DNA from: Balamuthia mandrillaris | Lineage: Eukaryota | Length of the DNA: 64,000 nucleotides | Assembly (NCBI GenBank): GCA_031835245.2 | Contig: JAVKOQ020000016.1 | Location: 1-64,000, forward strand | Reading direction: 5' to 3' | Shown: in pieces, positions 35,954-49,253 of the stretch | Layout of the letters: each line of letters opens with the position of its first letter | Position numbering within the stretch: the stretch's first letter is position 1 | Notes under the pieces: generated by a model | Told to the model about the DNA's origin: nothing | Seen by the model: only the letters and a program-made list of their open reading frames with translations | Database searches by the model: none | Program-made: the position numbers and the translations under genes

Positions 35954-37930
35954 TTAACACATCAAGTCATCCGAGCGATCCTTTGGGATGCGATACGTCT
36001 CCAATATCTTCGCGGTGGCCTCCGCATGCTTCCTCCACTTTGGCGACGGCAAAACGATGGTATCGTCGAGAGCCGTCCGAAAGGTGATCACCTCTTTCAC
36101 TTCATCCTCTTTGTCATCGTTGAGGTTGTTGTTGTTGTTGTGGTTTACAGTTTCTTCTTCGGATGTTGGCGCGGCGGAGCCGCATCGCGTGATTTCTTGG
36201 ATGAGTTCGCGTAAGTTGGCGATGGGTTTGTTGTTGACGGAGACGATGATGCTGTCGTCCAGATGGTCTTTCTCGTATCCTGCATTGGTGTCATCTTTGT
36301 TTGGTTTGGAGTTAGTTACAACGAGAAAGAGGAAGGAAGAGGAAAGAAGGAAGAAACCACAAGAAAGAAATCCACAAATAAAACAACAAGAAAGAGGAAG
36401 AAAGCAGAAACTGCTGTTACCAGCCAAAATCTGTGTGAGCACGACCACTTCCTGGCGGTCCACGGTGACAACGCCGTGCCGCAGCAGGTGCACAAACATC
36501 TTGGGCGCTTTCAGCCGCCAACTCTTCCACGTGGCCAAGTAGTCGATGCTCAGCGGCTGAAAGACGAGCCCGTAGTAGATGAAGTAGGTGGGACGCACGT
36601 CGTATCGATACAGAGGAACGAGGTGGACTGGCTTCCGGAGCGGAAAAGATAACTCCATCAGAGCACCTAGAAAGGGAAATGGCAAAAAGAGACAAGGAGA
36701 AACTGAGAAATGATCCAGAGAGAAAAACGAAGGCGAAAGATAAAGAAAACGAGAAGAGACAACGCAAGAAAAAGAGGAACGACTAGCGAGAAAAGAAGAA
36801 AGAGCAAAGAGAAACGGAAATAACATTGACCTTTTCGGCGGATCTGGAAATGGACTTCTTCTCCCACAAAATGACGGTGCAGCAAAATATCAAACAACGT
36901 TCGATAATGATGCTTCGAGCGAGGATTCAACTGTATCTTGATGGTTCCGTTGTTGTAAATGCGAGTGTCGTCCACCTTCAGGATGACGTCCCCCTCTTCC
37001 AGATGACCCCATGCGGAGTTCATGTAATGCACTTTGCGAACGAGCACTCCACTCTCCTCTTTGGTCATGCCCAGCGACTTTCGCAGCAGAGGACTCAACA
37101 AATGTTGAATGGACGCACCCTAATTAACAATATTTTAGGTTCTTTCTTTCGTACTCTCCCACTCTCTTTCATTCTATCTTCTCCAGTGTGAGAAAAGGAA
37201 GAAAGAAATACCAAGAAGGGAAAACCCTCATACTCCGTGCCGTTAGCTTTGGCGCGTCGCGTGCCTTCCAGAAAGTGTTGTATCACAGTGGTTGGCACTA
37301 CCTCTCCGATATTCTCTGCTTCGTCCATTCCTTGAAAGGCGATTCCTAATCATTTTCGGTGAGATGGAGAAGAGTGATAAGCGAATGAAGGAGGAAGTGA
37401 GAACGAACCAACGATTTTGCCATCTTTAGTGGTGACAGGTCCACCGCTGTTGCCAGGATTAATGGCAGCATCAACAGTAATGGCCAACAACCACCGCGCG
37501 CTGTGCTGATACTCCTGTACCTCTATTCTGGAAACGACACCCTCCGTGATGGAGAACTCTTCGCCTCCGATGGGAAAACCGCACACGTAAACCTTTTCTC
37601 TGAGGTCAGGAACGTCTCCTATTTCTAAGGGCGGTATATCTGCATTATGCGAAAGGATGGTACAATGTTATAAGAAGAGTTTCGGCGGCAACATAAACAC
37701 GAACATAACAGAACGAGAAGAAAGACCTTGAGTAAAGGAAGGATCTTCTGGTTCTAATAAGGCCAGGTCACATTCGTGGCTCACAGAGACGACGTGTGCT
37801 CTGACTTTGTCAGGCACTGACATGCGTTGTACCTATTGTGAATACCACAAATCCCGTTCAGTTATTTAGAAGAAGAGAGAACAAGAGCAAGAGCAAAGGA
37901 TACAGCGACAAGGAATGACAATGAAGCAAT

Positions 37931-37975
<45 letters not shown>

Positions 37976-38611
37976 GACGAAGAGAAACAACGAGAGAGAG
38001 AGAGAGAGACAGAGAGAGAGAGTGCGAGAGAGACAGAGAGAGACAGAGAGAGAGAGACAGAGAGAGACAGAGAGAGAGAGAGACAGAGAGAGCTTACCTG
38101 AACAAAGGTTTGGTTAGCCACCAGGTGAGCAGCAGTGAGAATGCGCCCGCCAGCAATGATGGCTCCAGAGCCACTGCCCGTCTCTACGCTCAGCGACTGC
38201 CATGGGCACTCGAAATCGGGGTAGTGACAAGTGGAGTAGACTTTCACGATGGCTTCCTTTTGTTTATTTGTTGATTATTATTTTTTAAAAAAAAGAGAGT
38301 AGTGAAGCGATGGATGGATTCGAATCAGTTTTTCTAACACTGAAAGGGGAAAAAAAACAAAAAAGATAAAGGAGGGAACAAAGAGAAGAAGAACAAACTT
38401 CGCTAATGTGAATATCCTCAGTGGATTGGATAGGATGCTTCTCGCTGGTTGTAGCGTCGTCTTCTTCCTCCTCCTCGTCTTCTTCCTCCTCCTCCTCCTC
38501 GTCCTCCTCTTCTTCTGCCAAGTCCTTTTTGCCTTTCTGCTTGTGAAGACCGTGTGGGCCAGGAACCTTCTTCTTGGCTCCTTCGGGCGAAGCAAGCAGT
38601 GTGTCTTCCAT
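35954..38611 (-). CDS. Deg/HtrA serine protease with PDZ domains (Deg2/9/10-type)
   Basis: Catalytic triad in [14 protein letters not shown] and [30 protein letters not shown] and GLVFQPLS. Confidence 0.93.
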
Positions 38612-38945
38612 CTTTCTTTTTCTTTTTCGATTTGCTGTGAATTCGATCGATCATAGATCGTCGACATTAATGTTATGATTTTTGACTGGGTCGGAGCAAA
38701 TAGTTATAAAAGTAAATTCAAAGATTAAATTTTCCGTTCATAGATCGAAAATTCTGTATTTTTCTGTTTTCTGATTGGGCCACGTCAGGAAACTAATCTA
38801 GATCCCACTATGGAAAAAATCTCTCCGTTCATTTTTTTTTATCAAAAGAAAGTTAATTTTTTTTTTCTTTCTCTTTCATCGCTCTCTCTCTCTCTCACTC
38901 TGCTTTCTGTGTGATTCGTGTGTGTGTGAATATCCTCTCAACAAC

Positions 38946-39436
38946 ATGAGGCGTCAATTGGCCGGACCTGGTACTAACAAAACTCCTGTTCGTATTGTTT
39001 TTTTTTTTTTGGCATAATAAGCTTTGCGATATCGCAAACTGATCCGTCCCCAATCGATCGACGACGATTACTTTTTTTAAAAAAAAGGTCACAAAGACGC
39101 CAGCGATCGACCCCGCCGTTGCTTCCGCTGGCTCTTACATGTCCAAAGCACAAAATGACATGGTACATGCTGCCCTTCAACGCAAAGTTTTACTCTCCAT
39201 CTGTTGTTGCTTAAAATATTTATATATATTTTCAAAAGGCAAAGAATTCCACCGGCAGCACTCAATCCACTCCTGGCTGGGCCACCAACGTCTCCCGGCC
39301 GGTCAACGCCGCTCCCTCCTCCTCCTCCTCCGCTGGCGGCGGCGGTCAGACCTTCCCCTTTGGCACCAAGTTCAACCCCAACACCGGCGAGCCCATTCCC
39401 AAGTTTGACCCCCACACTGGAAGACAGAACTGGTGA
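38946..39436 (+). CDS. Small spliced 104-aa protein with C-terminal KF(N/D)PxTG tandem motif (not in ORF track)
   Basis: Exons 38946-38987, 39088-39162 and 39239-39436 join in phase 0 via GT-AG introns: MRRQLAGPGTNKTP|VTKTPAIDPAVASAGSYMSKAQNDM|AKNS...TKFNPNTGEPIPKFDPHTGRQNW*. Confidence 0.72.
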
Positions 39437-39616
39437 GCAAGGAAGACAACAAACGAAAACTAGTAAATACAAAAACCAAATATTTCTTTTATATTTTTTC
39501 TCTTCTTGTTCTTGTTCTTCTTGTTCTTCTTCTTCTTCGTTCTTCTTCTTCTTCTTCTTGTTCTTCTTCTTCTTCTTCTTCTTTTTCTTCTTCTTTCTTT
39601 TTGTTTTGCATTTTGA

Positions 39617-39651
<35 letters not shown>

Positions 39652-39686
39652 AAAGAGGATACATACATTTGTTGTTCGTTGATGCT

Positions 39687-40879
39687 TCACAAAGCTGAAG
39701 CGGAAGAAGAAGAGCTCGGATGGCGACCACGACGATGAATGCTCTGCGAGGCGGTCCACGTCTCGCCAGGCAGCAGGGTGACGGGGCTTCCAAAGACGGC
39801 GGCCTCCACGCAGAGGAACTGGCGCCATTCGCCCTCTCCCAAATCCGCTAGCTTTTCTCCTTTCTCTTCCCATGGATTCCTTTTTTGTTTTTGTTTTATT
39901 GTGAGAAAGAGAAAGAGAAAGAGAAAGAGAAAGAGAAAGAGAAAGAGAAAGAGAAAGAGAAAGAGAAACGACGAAAGAGAAACGACGAAAGAGAAACGAC
40001 GAAAGAGAAACGACGAAAGAGAAAGAGAAGAGAAAAAGCGATTGTAGAGAGAGAAAGAGAATAAAACAAACAACGAAGAAGACTATACCAGATAACGGCG
40101 TCAGGAAATCCGTTCTTGCGCAGGACCACCACCTCATCAGCCAGCTCATCCACAATGTGGACCTCCTCCGCCGTGTCCAAATAGATCCTGTCCGTCTCCC
40201 CCTGGAACACAATCTCCTCCCCGTGGGGCTCCGCCTTCTTGGCCCTGCCCTCCGTGGCGTCCAAATACTCCAACCCTTGGGGATGGGAGCCCTCCCCCTC
40301 CTCTTTTTTCAGGTGAGTCACTCTGGTGTGGCTGTTGGACACATCGGAAACCAGGTAGTACGTATGCAGTGCTGCGGTAAACGTAAAAGCAGCCTCCTTC
40401 TCTTCGGCTTCAGGTTCAGCTTTAGTCCCGGGTTCTCCCTCGCTTGGGGCCGAGGTGTTTGTGACCTGCAGCTGGGTGTCCAGGAAAGCGGTGTCCAGGG
40501 TAGGGTCATGGCGCAGGGCCACGGTGTAGCGGCAGAGGAAGGGGTGGTCCCAGACCGTTCTGGTCTCCTCCGAGTCGCGCAGCGTGAAGACGGCCTCGCT
40601 TGAGGGATGCACTCTCTCCAGGGTCCAGTGGTAGGAGCTGCGCAGGAAGCCGTGCTTGGGGAGGGGGCCGCTGTCCGAGAATTGGGGGAAGATGAGAGGG
40701 ATGCCGCCGCGCAGGGAGGCGCCCCTGGCGAACTGGGTCTTGGAGGAGAGGAAGAGGGACTCGCGGCCCTTGTGATCCTTGAAGGAGGTCACATGGGCTC
40801 CCTGAAGATAGATCTCTGCAGAGGCGCCGCTGGGGTGGGCCAGCACCACCTTCGAAGATCCTCCTTCGCCTTCTTGCAT
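39687..40879 (-). CDS. Glucose-6-phosphate 1-epimerase (D-hexose-6-phosphate mutarotase, YeaD family)
   Basis: QGAHVTSF, RGGIPLIFPQF, HGFLR, FTAALHTYY, DAVIW|NPW and FLCVEAA; one intron at about 39880-40087. Confidence 0.93.
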
Positions 40880-41178
40880 CTCCTTTCTTTTCTTCTTTTG
40901 TTTGTTCTCCGTAAAACTGATCACGAAATTGCTTTCATAAGGAAATTTTGATCTATACGTTTGATTCTTGATTGGTAGGTTTTCATATATCATCAGCGAT
41001 CCCATTTTTGCCGACATCCAGGAGGACCAATTTTGCAGTAGTTGTGCAGGATTTCCCGCCGAAGGTGTACAGTTTCACCACAAGTTGAGGTCGAAATTTT
41101 CGCGCCATTTTTATGGAAACACTCCTCGTGCATATGTCGACAAATAAACCAACATTGAAAAAGAAATAAGAAGAAAAG

Positions 41179-41377
41179 ATGGCTGCGACGGGATGGAATT
41201 TGCAGCCTGGAGCGCTCTTCCAGACGTCGGCGCAACAAACGGCCACCGCGACAAATGCCCCTGCTGCGATAACCTACAGCACCCCTTTTGCTGATCTGCC
41301 GGCCAACATGAAGCAAGAACTCATCAAGATTCAGTTTCGATTTTCTCCTCATCTCATTTTTATTTCATTGTTGTTTT

Positions 41378-41438
<61 letters not shown>

Positions 41439-41719
41439 TTTCTCTCTTGTTGTGGAAGAAGAGGAGTTTATTCTTATGTGGTGGTGTTGCTTTCTCGTTT
41501 TCGTAGGACGTACATAGTGCAGGAGAACTCTATCAGTGAAGAAATAGCGCAGCACTCGCCGGAGCTCATCTCAAAAGCTGTGGAGGAGATTCACATTCTT
41601 CAAGAGGTTCTTTCTTCCTCTCTTTCTCCTCTCTTCTTTGCTTCGCTCTCTCTCTCTTGCTTGACGTTTTATGTCGTTCTTGTGGTTTTAAGCCATTCTT
41701 CTCTCTTTCTCCCCTCTCG

Positions 41720-41752
<33 letters not shown>

Positions 41753-43184
41753 CTTTTCTCTTCTGTCTAGAGTAGTCTTGCTTGCTCTCTCTCTCTCTCT
41801 CTTCCCCTTCTTCTTCTTCTTCTCTTTCTCTCTTCCTCTTTCTATATCGTTATCCACAACTAACCCTGTTTTTTTTTTAAATAATTTAAAAATTACTCAG
41901 AAACTTAAAACTCTGGAAAACACTTTGCAAAGCGACAAGCACACCATCAACGTGCTTCGCAAAGAGGTCGGCAATGAGCTGAAGAACGCAGAGCTAGCCG
42001 TCCGCACCATGGAACGATTGACTCCTGGCGCTGCACCATCCACTCTACACCAGCAATTCCATCTTCCTTCCAGGTTTGTGTTTTGTTCTTCGTTACTTGC
42101 TATGCCTCTTTTGTTTTCTCTCTTCCACGTTCTCTTTTCTTCTCCTTCATTGTTTCTCTTTCCCTTTAGTTAACGGTTGGTGTTTAAAAAGGTACTTTTG
42201 GGAGGTGGCCAACTCGTTTGAGAAGCGAATGCATTACTACCGTCAGACCATCGATGAAATCGAACATTATCTTTCTTCTTCCTCTGGACACCGCACTTAT
42301 ACCCCTCAAAGTATATTTTGTCTCTCTTCTTTCTGTTTTCGTCTTTCTCTTTCTTCTCCCTTCTTTCTTATACACAAAATAACTTTAAAAATACAGCTCT
42401 TCAGGAGATAATGCGCAACCAATATGCCTTTTTCATGGCCATTTCCGCCCGTTTGGCAAGTCTCCATAATCAAGTCGCTCAACACAAAGAACGTTTTGTG
42501 CAAATGAGAGGCGAGTTGCTCGGAGACTATGCCTCTGTGGAGAAACTGTTTGAGAACAAGGAAGATCGCAAGTCTGAAGAAAAAGTCAAATGTAAAAACT
42601 CTCTATTCTCTCTTTGTTGCTCCTTTCCTGTTGTTTCATTCTTCTGTAATCTTATCTTTTTCTTTCTCCATTACTTCGTTCTGCCTTCTTCCTCTTGCTT
42701 TTGACTGATGGCCGTTTATTGTTATTCTTCATTAGATGTTCCCTCCTTAACGCAAGCAGCAGCCGCTTCAACTCCATCTACAACAACCACTGCCACACCT
42801 TCCACAACCACCACATCCTCCCTCTTCTCCACTCCTTCCACAACCACTTCCTCTTCTCTCTTTGGCGGCACCCCTTCCACCACCTCCACTTCTTCCTCAC
42901 TCTTTGGTACCCCTTCCACCACCTCTTCCACCACTTCGTTATTTGGTACTCCCTCAACGACTACTTCTACCACCTCCAGTTTGTTTGGTGCTCCTTCTTC
43001 CACTTCGACATCTACAACTCCTTCTTCTTCCTCTTCATTATTTGGCTCAAGTATCTTCAACTCCTCCAAAGGGCCCATCACCAGCGGCTTGGGCTTGAGC
43101 ACCGCTGGTACAGCCACCTTCGGAGCCACTTCAACCACCTCCACTCCCGCTTCCTCCTCTGCCTTTACTTTTGGACGGAAGTAG
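41179..43184 (+). CDS. FG nucleoporin Nup58/Nup49-like
   Basis: TPFADLP N-terminus, coiled coil with LPSRYFWE..F..IDEIE..Q..FFMAISARLASLH, and Ser/Thr-rich SLFG repeats at the C-terminus. Confidence 0.8.
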
Positions 43185-44152
43185 ATAGATAGCAACAACA
43201 CAATACCGGAACAAATAAACTAAACTTAAAAGGAAGATACAATCTGCCTCTCCTGCACTTCGGCCCATGAGGAGGTGAGACGAAGGTGTCGTCCGCGGTC
43301 TATCAGCAGTTCATGGTGCAGTTCGTTCGTTGGGTTTTATGAGGGGAGATGAAGACCATGAGGCACCTTCAACATCTCTGCAACTACCATCAAAATATTG
43401 TTGTTAGCTGAAGGTGGTTTCGTGTTGGCAGTCGCAACACACTTCCTTCACCAGAAGAACTAGCTCCAGGTATGAGTTGGAACTAGTTCTTACTAGAGAG
43501 GGAGAAGAGAATGAGAGAGAGAGAGGGAGAGAGGGAGAGCAGAGAGAGAACAAAAGATAATGTGAAGTCACACTCACCCTGCGCTCATGCGCCAATGCTG
43601 AAAACCTGCTGACCATTGTAGGCCAGGCGACTGTCCGGGATGGAGCGGCCATCCTTTGTTTTTCGGTTGGTTGGTTGGTGCCTCCCTGCTTCAAACGGGA
43701 ATGTTTAAAAAAAAAACACAAATATGCTCTCGCTCACCCTTTCGGCGCGGTCCGGAGGGAATGGAGGCTGGCTGACACGGACCCGTTGGAATGGGAGGAG
43801 CGCCTCTAAAATGCAGGCACACAAAGAGACGCAAAAAAATATCCTTTTTCATATTAATTAATTGAATGCCTGTCGACATTTTTCTTCTCATTAAAGATAA
43901 TTATCGATAATCCTGATATAATCTGAATTGAGCCGAAATTTTTCCTTTTATAGTCTTTTAATTAAAAAATACCGATAATTCAGATATGCCCCCTTCAGCT
44001 TCGCAATTATCGGTTTTATTTCGATTTTTGCCGATAAATCGAAATAGGTTAATTTTGTTGTCGACACCACGCACTCCTCATGTTGTTCACCATTTGAGCT
44101 CAATAAAACAAAAAATAAAAAGAAAACGAAAAAGAAGAGAAGAAGAGAAGAG

Positions 44153-47142
44153 ATGAAGCTGGTAACGCACAAGGCGCGCTACGCGGTTTCCAAAGACAAG
44201 TTCCGTTTTCAGGACGGGGAACTGGACCTTGACTTGACCTACATAACCGATCGCATCATCGCTATGGTTTGTTTTTTTTTAATTTTTTTTTTTGCCAAAC
44301 CAAAAAAACAAAAAATATTCTCATCTGATTTTATATTTTATATTTTTTTTTTTGTTTTAAAAAATAAAAAAACAAACAAAAAGGGTTTGCCGTCGAGTAA
44401 AAATGAGTTGGGTCAGATTTGGCGCAACTGCGATGAAGGTCTTGCTTTTCTTCCTTTCTGTGTTATATATATATTTTTAATTTTATTTATTTTTTGTTCT
44501 CGTAGATGTGGCCAAGTTCTTTGGCAAGTACCACCACGGCCGCTTTCGTATCTTTAACCTGACGCATGATACCTATAACTATGCCCTCTTTGACCACAAC
44601 GTCTACGAGGTGAGACCTTCTCCTCTTCTCTCTCGTTCTCTGCTGCTCCTTTTCTCTGCTTCTCTTCTTCTCTTTCTCTCGTTCTCTGCTGCTCCTCTTC
44701 TCTCGTTCTCTGCTTCTCTGCTTGTCTGTGCTCGCTTCTCTGTGCTTTCTTCTTTGTGCTCTCTTCTCTGCTTCTAGCGTCTCTCTTCTATGTGCTTTCT
44801 TCTCTGCTTCTCTCTTCTATGTACTCTCTTCTCTGCTTCTCTGCTTCTCTCGTTATCTCTTTTTCGCTTCATGCTGGTGCTTTCATGCTAAATGCTTTTT
44901 TCCTTGTTCTTTCTATTTTGTCCTGCCAAACAAACAAAATGAAGTACTCTTATCCGGACCATTCGGCACCGCCCTTAGCTCTTCTTTGGAGAGTGGTCGA
45001 GGCCATGATCTCCTTCCTAAACGAACATCCTGACAACGTCATCGCCGTTCATTGTCTTGCAGGTATGCTTTCTCTTGCTTCTTTTTTTTTTTGTTCTTCT
45101 TTCTTGCTTTAACATTCTTTTCATATTTCTTTTACACCAAAAACAAAAAGGAAGAGGAAGAACAGGGACGGTCATTTCCTGTCTATTGCTTCGTTTAGGC
45201 GTTTGCGCGGATGCTTTCAGCGCTCTCCACTTTTTCGCCTCGATGCGGTCGAGCACCGCCGAAGGAGTCATCACTCCCTCCGCTCGTCGATACGTTCAGT
45301 ATTACTATGAGCTCATCCACCAAAGAATGAAGGCAATCAATGCCGCGGAGCTGCAACAGTTGTTGAACGGCGGAGGGAGGCAGCTTTACTTGCGGAGGAT
45401 AAAGTTTTTTCCGCATTTGCTGTTGCAACCGGGGAACGTGGCGTTGCGGTCGATGTTTCACGATCCCTGGAAAGTTATTGTTCGAGTAAAGGCACTCAGC
45501 GCTGCTCAATCTGGTTAGTCCTCTTTTTTACTATCTTTCGTTTGTTGTTCTCTTTCCTCTTCTCTTTTGCTATTTCTCTATCCCCTGCTCTCCTCTTTTC
45601 TCTATTCTCTCCTATTCTACGCTCCTTTGGTATTCTAACATTCCATCAAACAAAAAAATCAATACAGGTGAACTCTTCTTCTCCAACAACGACGAAGAAA
45701 AACCTTCTTCTCATTCCTCCAGCCGCTATCGCTCCTCTTTCACCGATCGTAGCTACATCTCCTCTTCCTCCTCCCATCAATGCCTCACAATGGACGACGT
45801 CGACGCTCCTCTCTTTGGCGACGTCCAGCTCAAGCTCTATCTCAAGTGCAAGAATAGGGTTCGATACATGAAACTCGTTCAAGCAGCAGCTCTAAAAGGA
45901 GTCGAGTTAGGGGCAGCCACAAAACATTTTCCTCTCTTCCGGCTGTGCCGCTTCAGTTTTCATACCAGTTTTCTAACAACGACTTTGAACGAACAGAAAG
46001 AAGAAGAGAAGGTGATAAAGCTAGAGTTGAAGAGAAATGAGATGGATGCAATGTTTTCGGGAGTAGCTCACACGAATGTTCTTCCGGAGGAGTTTAGAGC
46101 TGTTTTGTATTTTACTTCTTCTTTGGATGTTCCGGTTCGCGATTCATCTCCTTCTTATTTTGGTTATTCCTCAGCTCCTGCCGCAACCTCTTCTTCTCCT
46201 TCAACCTCCGCTTCAACGTCGATAAGTGGACCCTTTAACTTCCGTAAAGTTGGCGGATATGTCGAAGAACAGCAACGATTGAACACAAAGTTGTTGCGAC
46301 CAGCAACCACCAACGATGATATTGTTGTTGCATCTTCTTCGGCTTCTTCGTCTGCTTCGCCTTCTGCTTCTTTAAGTTTTGTTGTAACTAATGCGGGAAC
46401 GACGGTCGATTCGCGGACTTGTGTGGAACCAACGAAAGCTCATTCCACTCCTTTTCCTTTATCCTCTCATCATCCTATCTCTTCTTCATCCTCATCTTCT
46501 TTCGCTTCTTCGCCTTTTCCTTCTTCCTCTGCTTCCTCTTCCTCATCATCTGCTTTCCCTGCTTCGTCCTTCACTCTTTCGCTCAATCCTCCTTCCTCAT
46601 CTTCTTTTCCCGCTGCTTCATCTTCCTCTTTTCTTTCTCCTCCTCCATCGTCGTTGCCTCCTGCTTCTTCATCATCATCTTTTGCTGCTTCTTCGAACCT
46701 AACATTTGTACAAACAACAATTACAACGACAACTAAAACGAACACTTCCACCCACGACTTGCTCAACACCAACAACACTAACACCCATTCTTCTTCTTCC
46801 CTTCTCTATCCCTCTTCGTTCTCAACCCCACTTTCTCCTTCTCCTTCCTCCTTTTATCCTCCTTCCTCCTCCTCTGCTTTTGATAACTCTCTCTATTTTC
46901 CTGCTCCTCTTCCTTCTTCTTTCTCCACTCCACTTTCGAATTCGTCTCCTTCCTCCATGGTCCTTCCTCCGCCTTTTCTTTCCTCCAACAACAGCAACGT
47001 TTTGGACTTTCCGGTCCCACAGCCACAAAACAACCCTTCCTCTTTTCTCCCTCCTTCCTCTTCCTCTTCCTCTTCCTCTTCTTCTTCTTCGACTTGTCCG
47101 TCTTCTTCGTTTTCAGATACTCTCTTTTTTCCTTCGCAATAA
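44153..47142 (+). CDS. PTEN-like phosphatase (PTP domain + C2 domain + Ser/Pro-rich tail)
   Basis: VSKDKFRFQDGELDLDLTYITDRIIAMG, YPDHSAPPL, spliced HCLAGRGRTG, GVITPSARRYVQY, GDVQLKLY and RFSFHTSF. Confidence 0.9.
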
Positions 47143-47212
47143 TGTTAACACAAGAGAGAATTGTTTTTTTTGTTTTTCACAAGAGTTTTGTTCGTTGGTT
47201 TGGGTTTGGGTT

Positions 47213-48707
47213 TTACTTGCCGTGCGGGAAATACTTTTGGTGGTGCAAGTCGTTCATGTCGTCCGCTGAGATGTGCTTCCATCCTTCTTGAGAAATGTGA
47301 TACACTGTTTTTTGTTTGAAAGTGAGAAAAACATATTTGGCCAAAAAAGAGAGAGGAAAAAGAAGAAGAGAAGAAGAGAAGAAGAGAAGAAAGAATTCAC
47401 AAACCATTGATGGTGCCTCCAGAGAAAGAGTCACGGTGGGTGGCGCCGTAGATGGCCCTACGGCCGAGCTCGCAGGCGTCCTCCACGGAGAGGTCCCACT
47501 TGTAGTCGCTGTCGAGGACGCCGTAGGCATAGGTGCCGCCGGAGCCCACCGCGAATCTGTCTCCCTTCAGGCGAGTGCCGTCGCTGTCCACGTAATATAT
47601 GTTTGGTCCCTGGTATGTTTAAGGTTAAGAAAAAGCGTTTAGAAAAAGAAATAATGACAGGGTTTGAGAGAGAGTGAGAGTGAGAGAGAGAGAGAGAGGT
47701 GCAGAATGGGAGAAGAAAAAAGAGAAGGAAGAACGAGAGTGAGCGTAGAGAACGACAGAAAGAAAGAACGAACAAGGAAAAGGTTCAGAGAACGAGCGGT
47801 AGAGAACAAAAAAAAGGAACGGAAAAGAGAGAACGAAAGTAGAGAGAGAGAGAGAGAGAACCGTTTTGTCCCAGCCACAAATCATGGAGCCAATGGAAAG
47901 ACCGTAGCCACGATAGTAGTAAAGAATGTTAGCAAGGACCTTGGAGGCAGCAGTCACGCTCATCCGTTCCTTGTTGCGCAGCTCGTGGAGGCGAGTGCGT
48001 CGGCCCAGTTCTCTCTCCCAGTAAGAGCAGTCAGCGGCACCACCGGCCATGGTGCCGAGAAGGTATGGGTTGATCCTGATCACCTTCTGCACGGACTGTG
48101 AAGCTAAAAAGTGACGATAATAATAAACAGAGTGAGTTCATACTGAGAGAGAGAGAGAGAGAGAGAGAGTGAGAGAAAGGAGACAAAGTGAAAAGACAAA
48201 AGTGAACCGAGAAAGAGAACAAACAAAGAAGAAAAGAGAAAAGAGAGAAGTAAAGAGAAACAGACGCGAATAAAGAGAAGAGAAGTGAAAACTAAGAGAA
48301 CAGAGGAGAAAAGAGAGCCGAGAAGAAAAAGAAAAAGAGAGAACGTGACACCAACCAATGTAGGAGCCTTGAGTGGAACGCGAGTCGACAGCGACCACGA
48401 TACCGCCCTGAAACTTGAAAGAAAGGGTGGTTGTGCCGTGCAACATTTTGATGGGCTCTACGCCGCTCTCATGAAATACATCGTTCAAGAAGGAGCCAGG
48501 CTGTGTTACACATCGAGCAAGAGAAGAAGAGGTGAGACAACAAAAACCAACTGGAGAGAGAAGAGCGAGAGCGAGAAGAGCACAAACTCTTTGTACAGAG
48601 GGCAAAAGGAAATGACTGTCGTCCAGGTGAGCGCCCATCTCTTCCTGGCACTCCTCTCCATAGGGTTGGCTCGCATGAGCCAAGTCATCCTCCAAAATCT
48701 GCAACAT
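47213..48707 (-). CDS. PSMB5: 20S proteasome subunit beta type-5
   Basis: HG|TTTL processing site, [38 protein letters not shown] and [10 protein letters not shown]. Confidence 0.96.
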
Positions 48708-49253
48708 TTTTTTTTGCTACTTCAGTGTGTGTGTTCTCTCCTTCTCTTTCTTCTGGCAAAACAAAGAGGCTTAGATTCGTTCTCTTCTCTCTCTCTCTTC
48801 TCTCTCTTTGCTTTTCTTTGCCAACAAAAGAGGACGTTGGTGGCAAATGCTCCTCAGGCATGCATTCCGATCATAACTTGACACGTCATGAAAAGATCAT
48901 CTCAATCCAATCAAATGCATCCTTAAACTCCGCCTCAAAAACTCCGGCCTGCTTTTTGCCTAAGTCACATTTTCTGCGTATCCTTCATCCTATTCTTTTC
49001 CTACTAGTCCTTCGAGAAGACCAGTGACAGACATCTGCTGTATGTATTGCCTCGCTATCTCTCTGCCTTATTCTTCTTCTGCTTCTCTTGCAAAAACGAA
49101 AGAGAAACCTTTTCTTTTCTTTTCTTTTCGGATTAGGTTTTATGATGATCGCTCCGCCTATTTTTTTTTTCCTCCTTTCTTCATCTCTCTCTTCTGTCAT
49201 GTTTTGATTTGATTTTATTTTAAGTAACTTATTTTTTATTTCTGCTGAAGCAA

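Noticed and set aside
49142..49248. Box C (ATGATGA) and box D (CTGA) as a possible snoRNA in the RPS2 5'UTR intron
   Set aside because: The D box abuts the splice acceptor, the interior is a T-rich tract and no terminal stem was seen.
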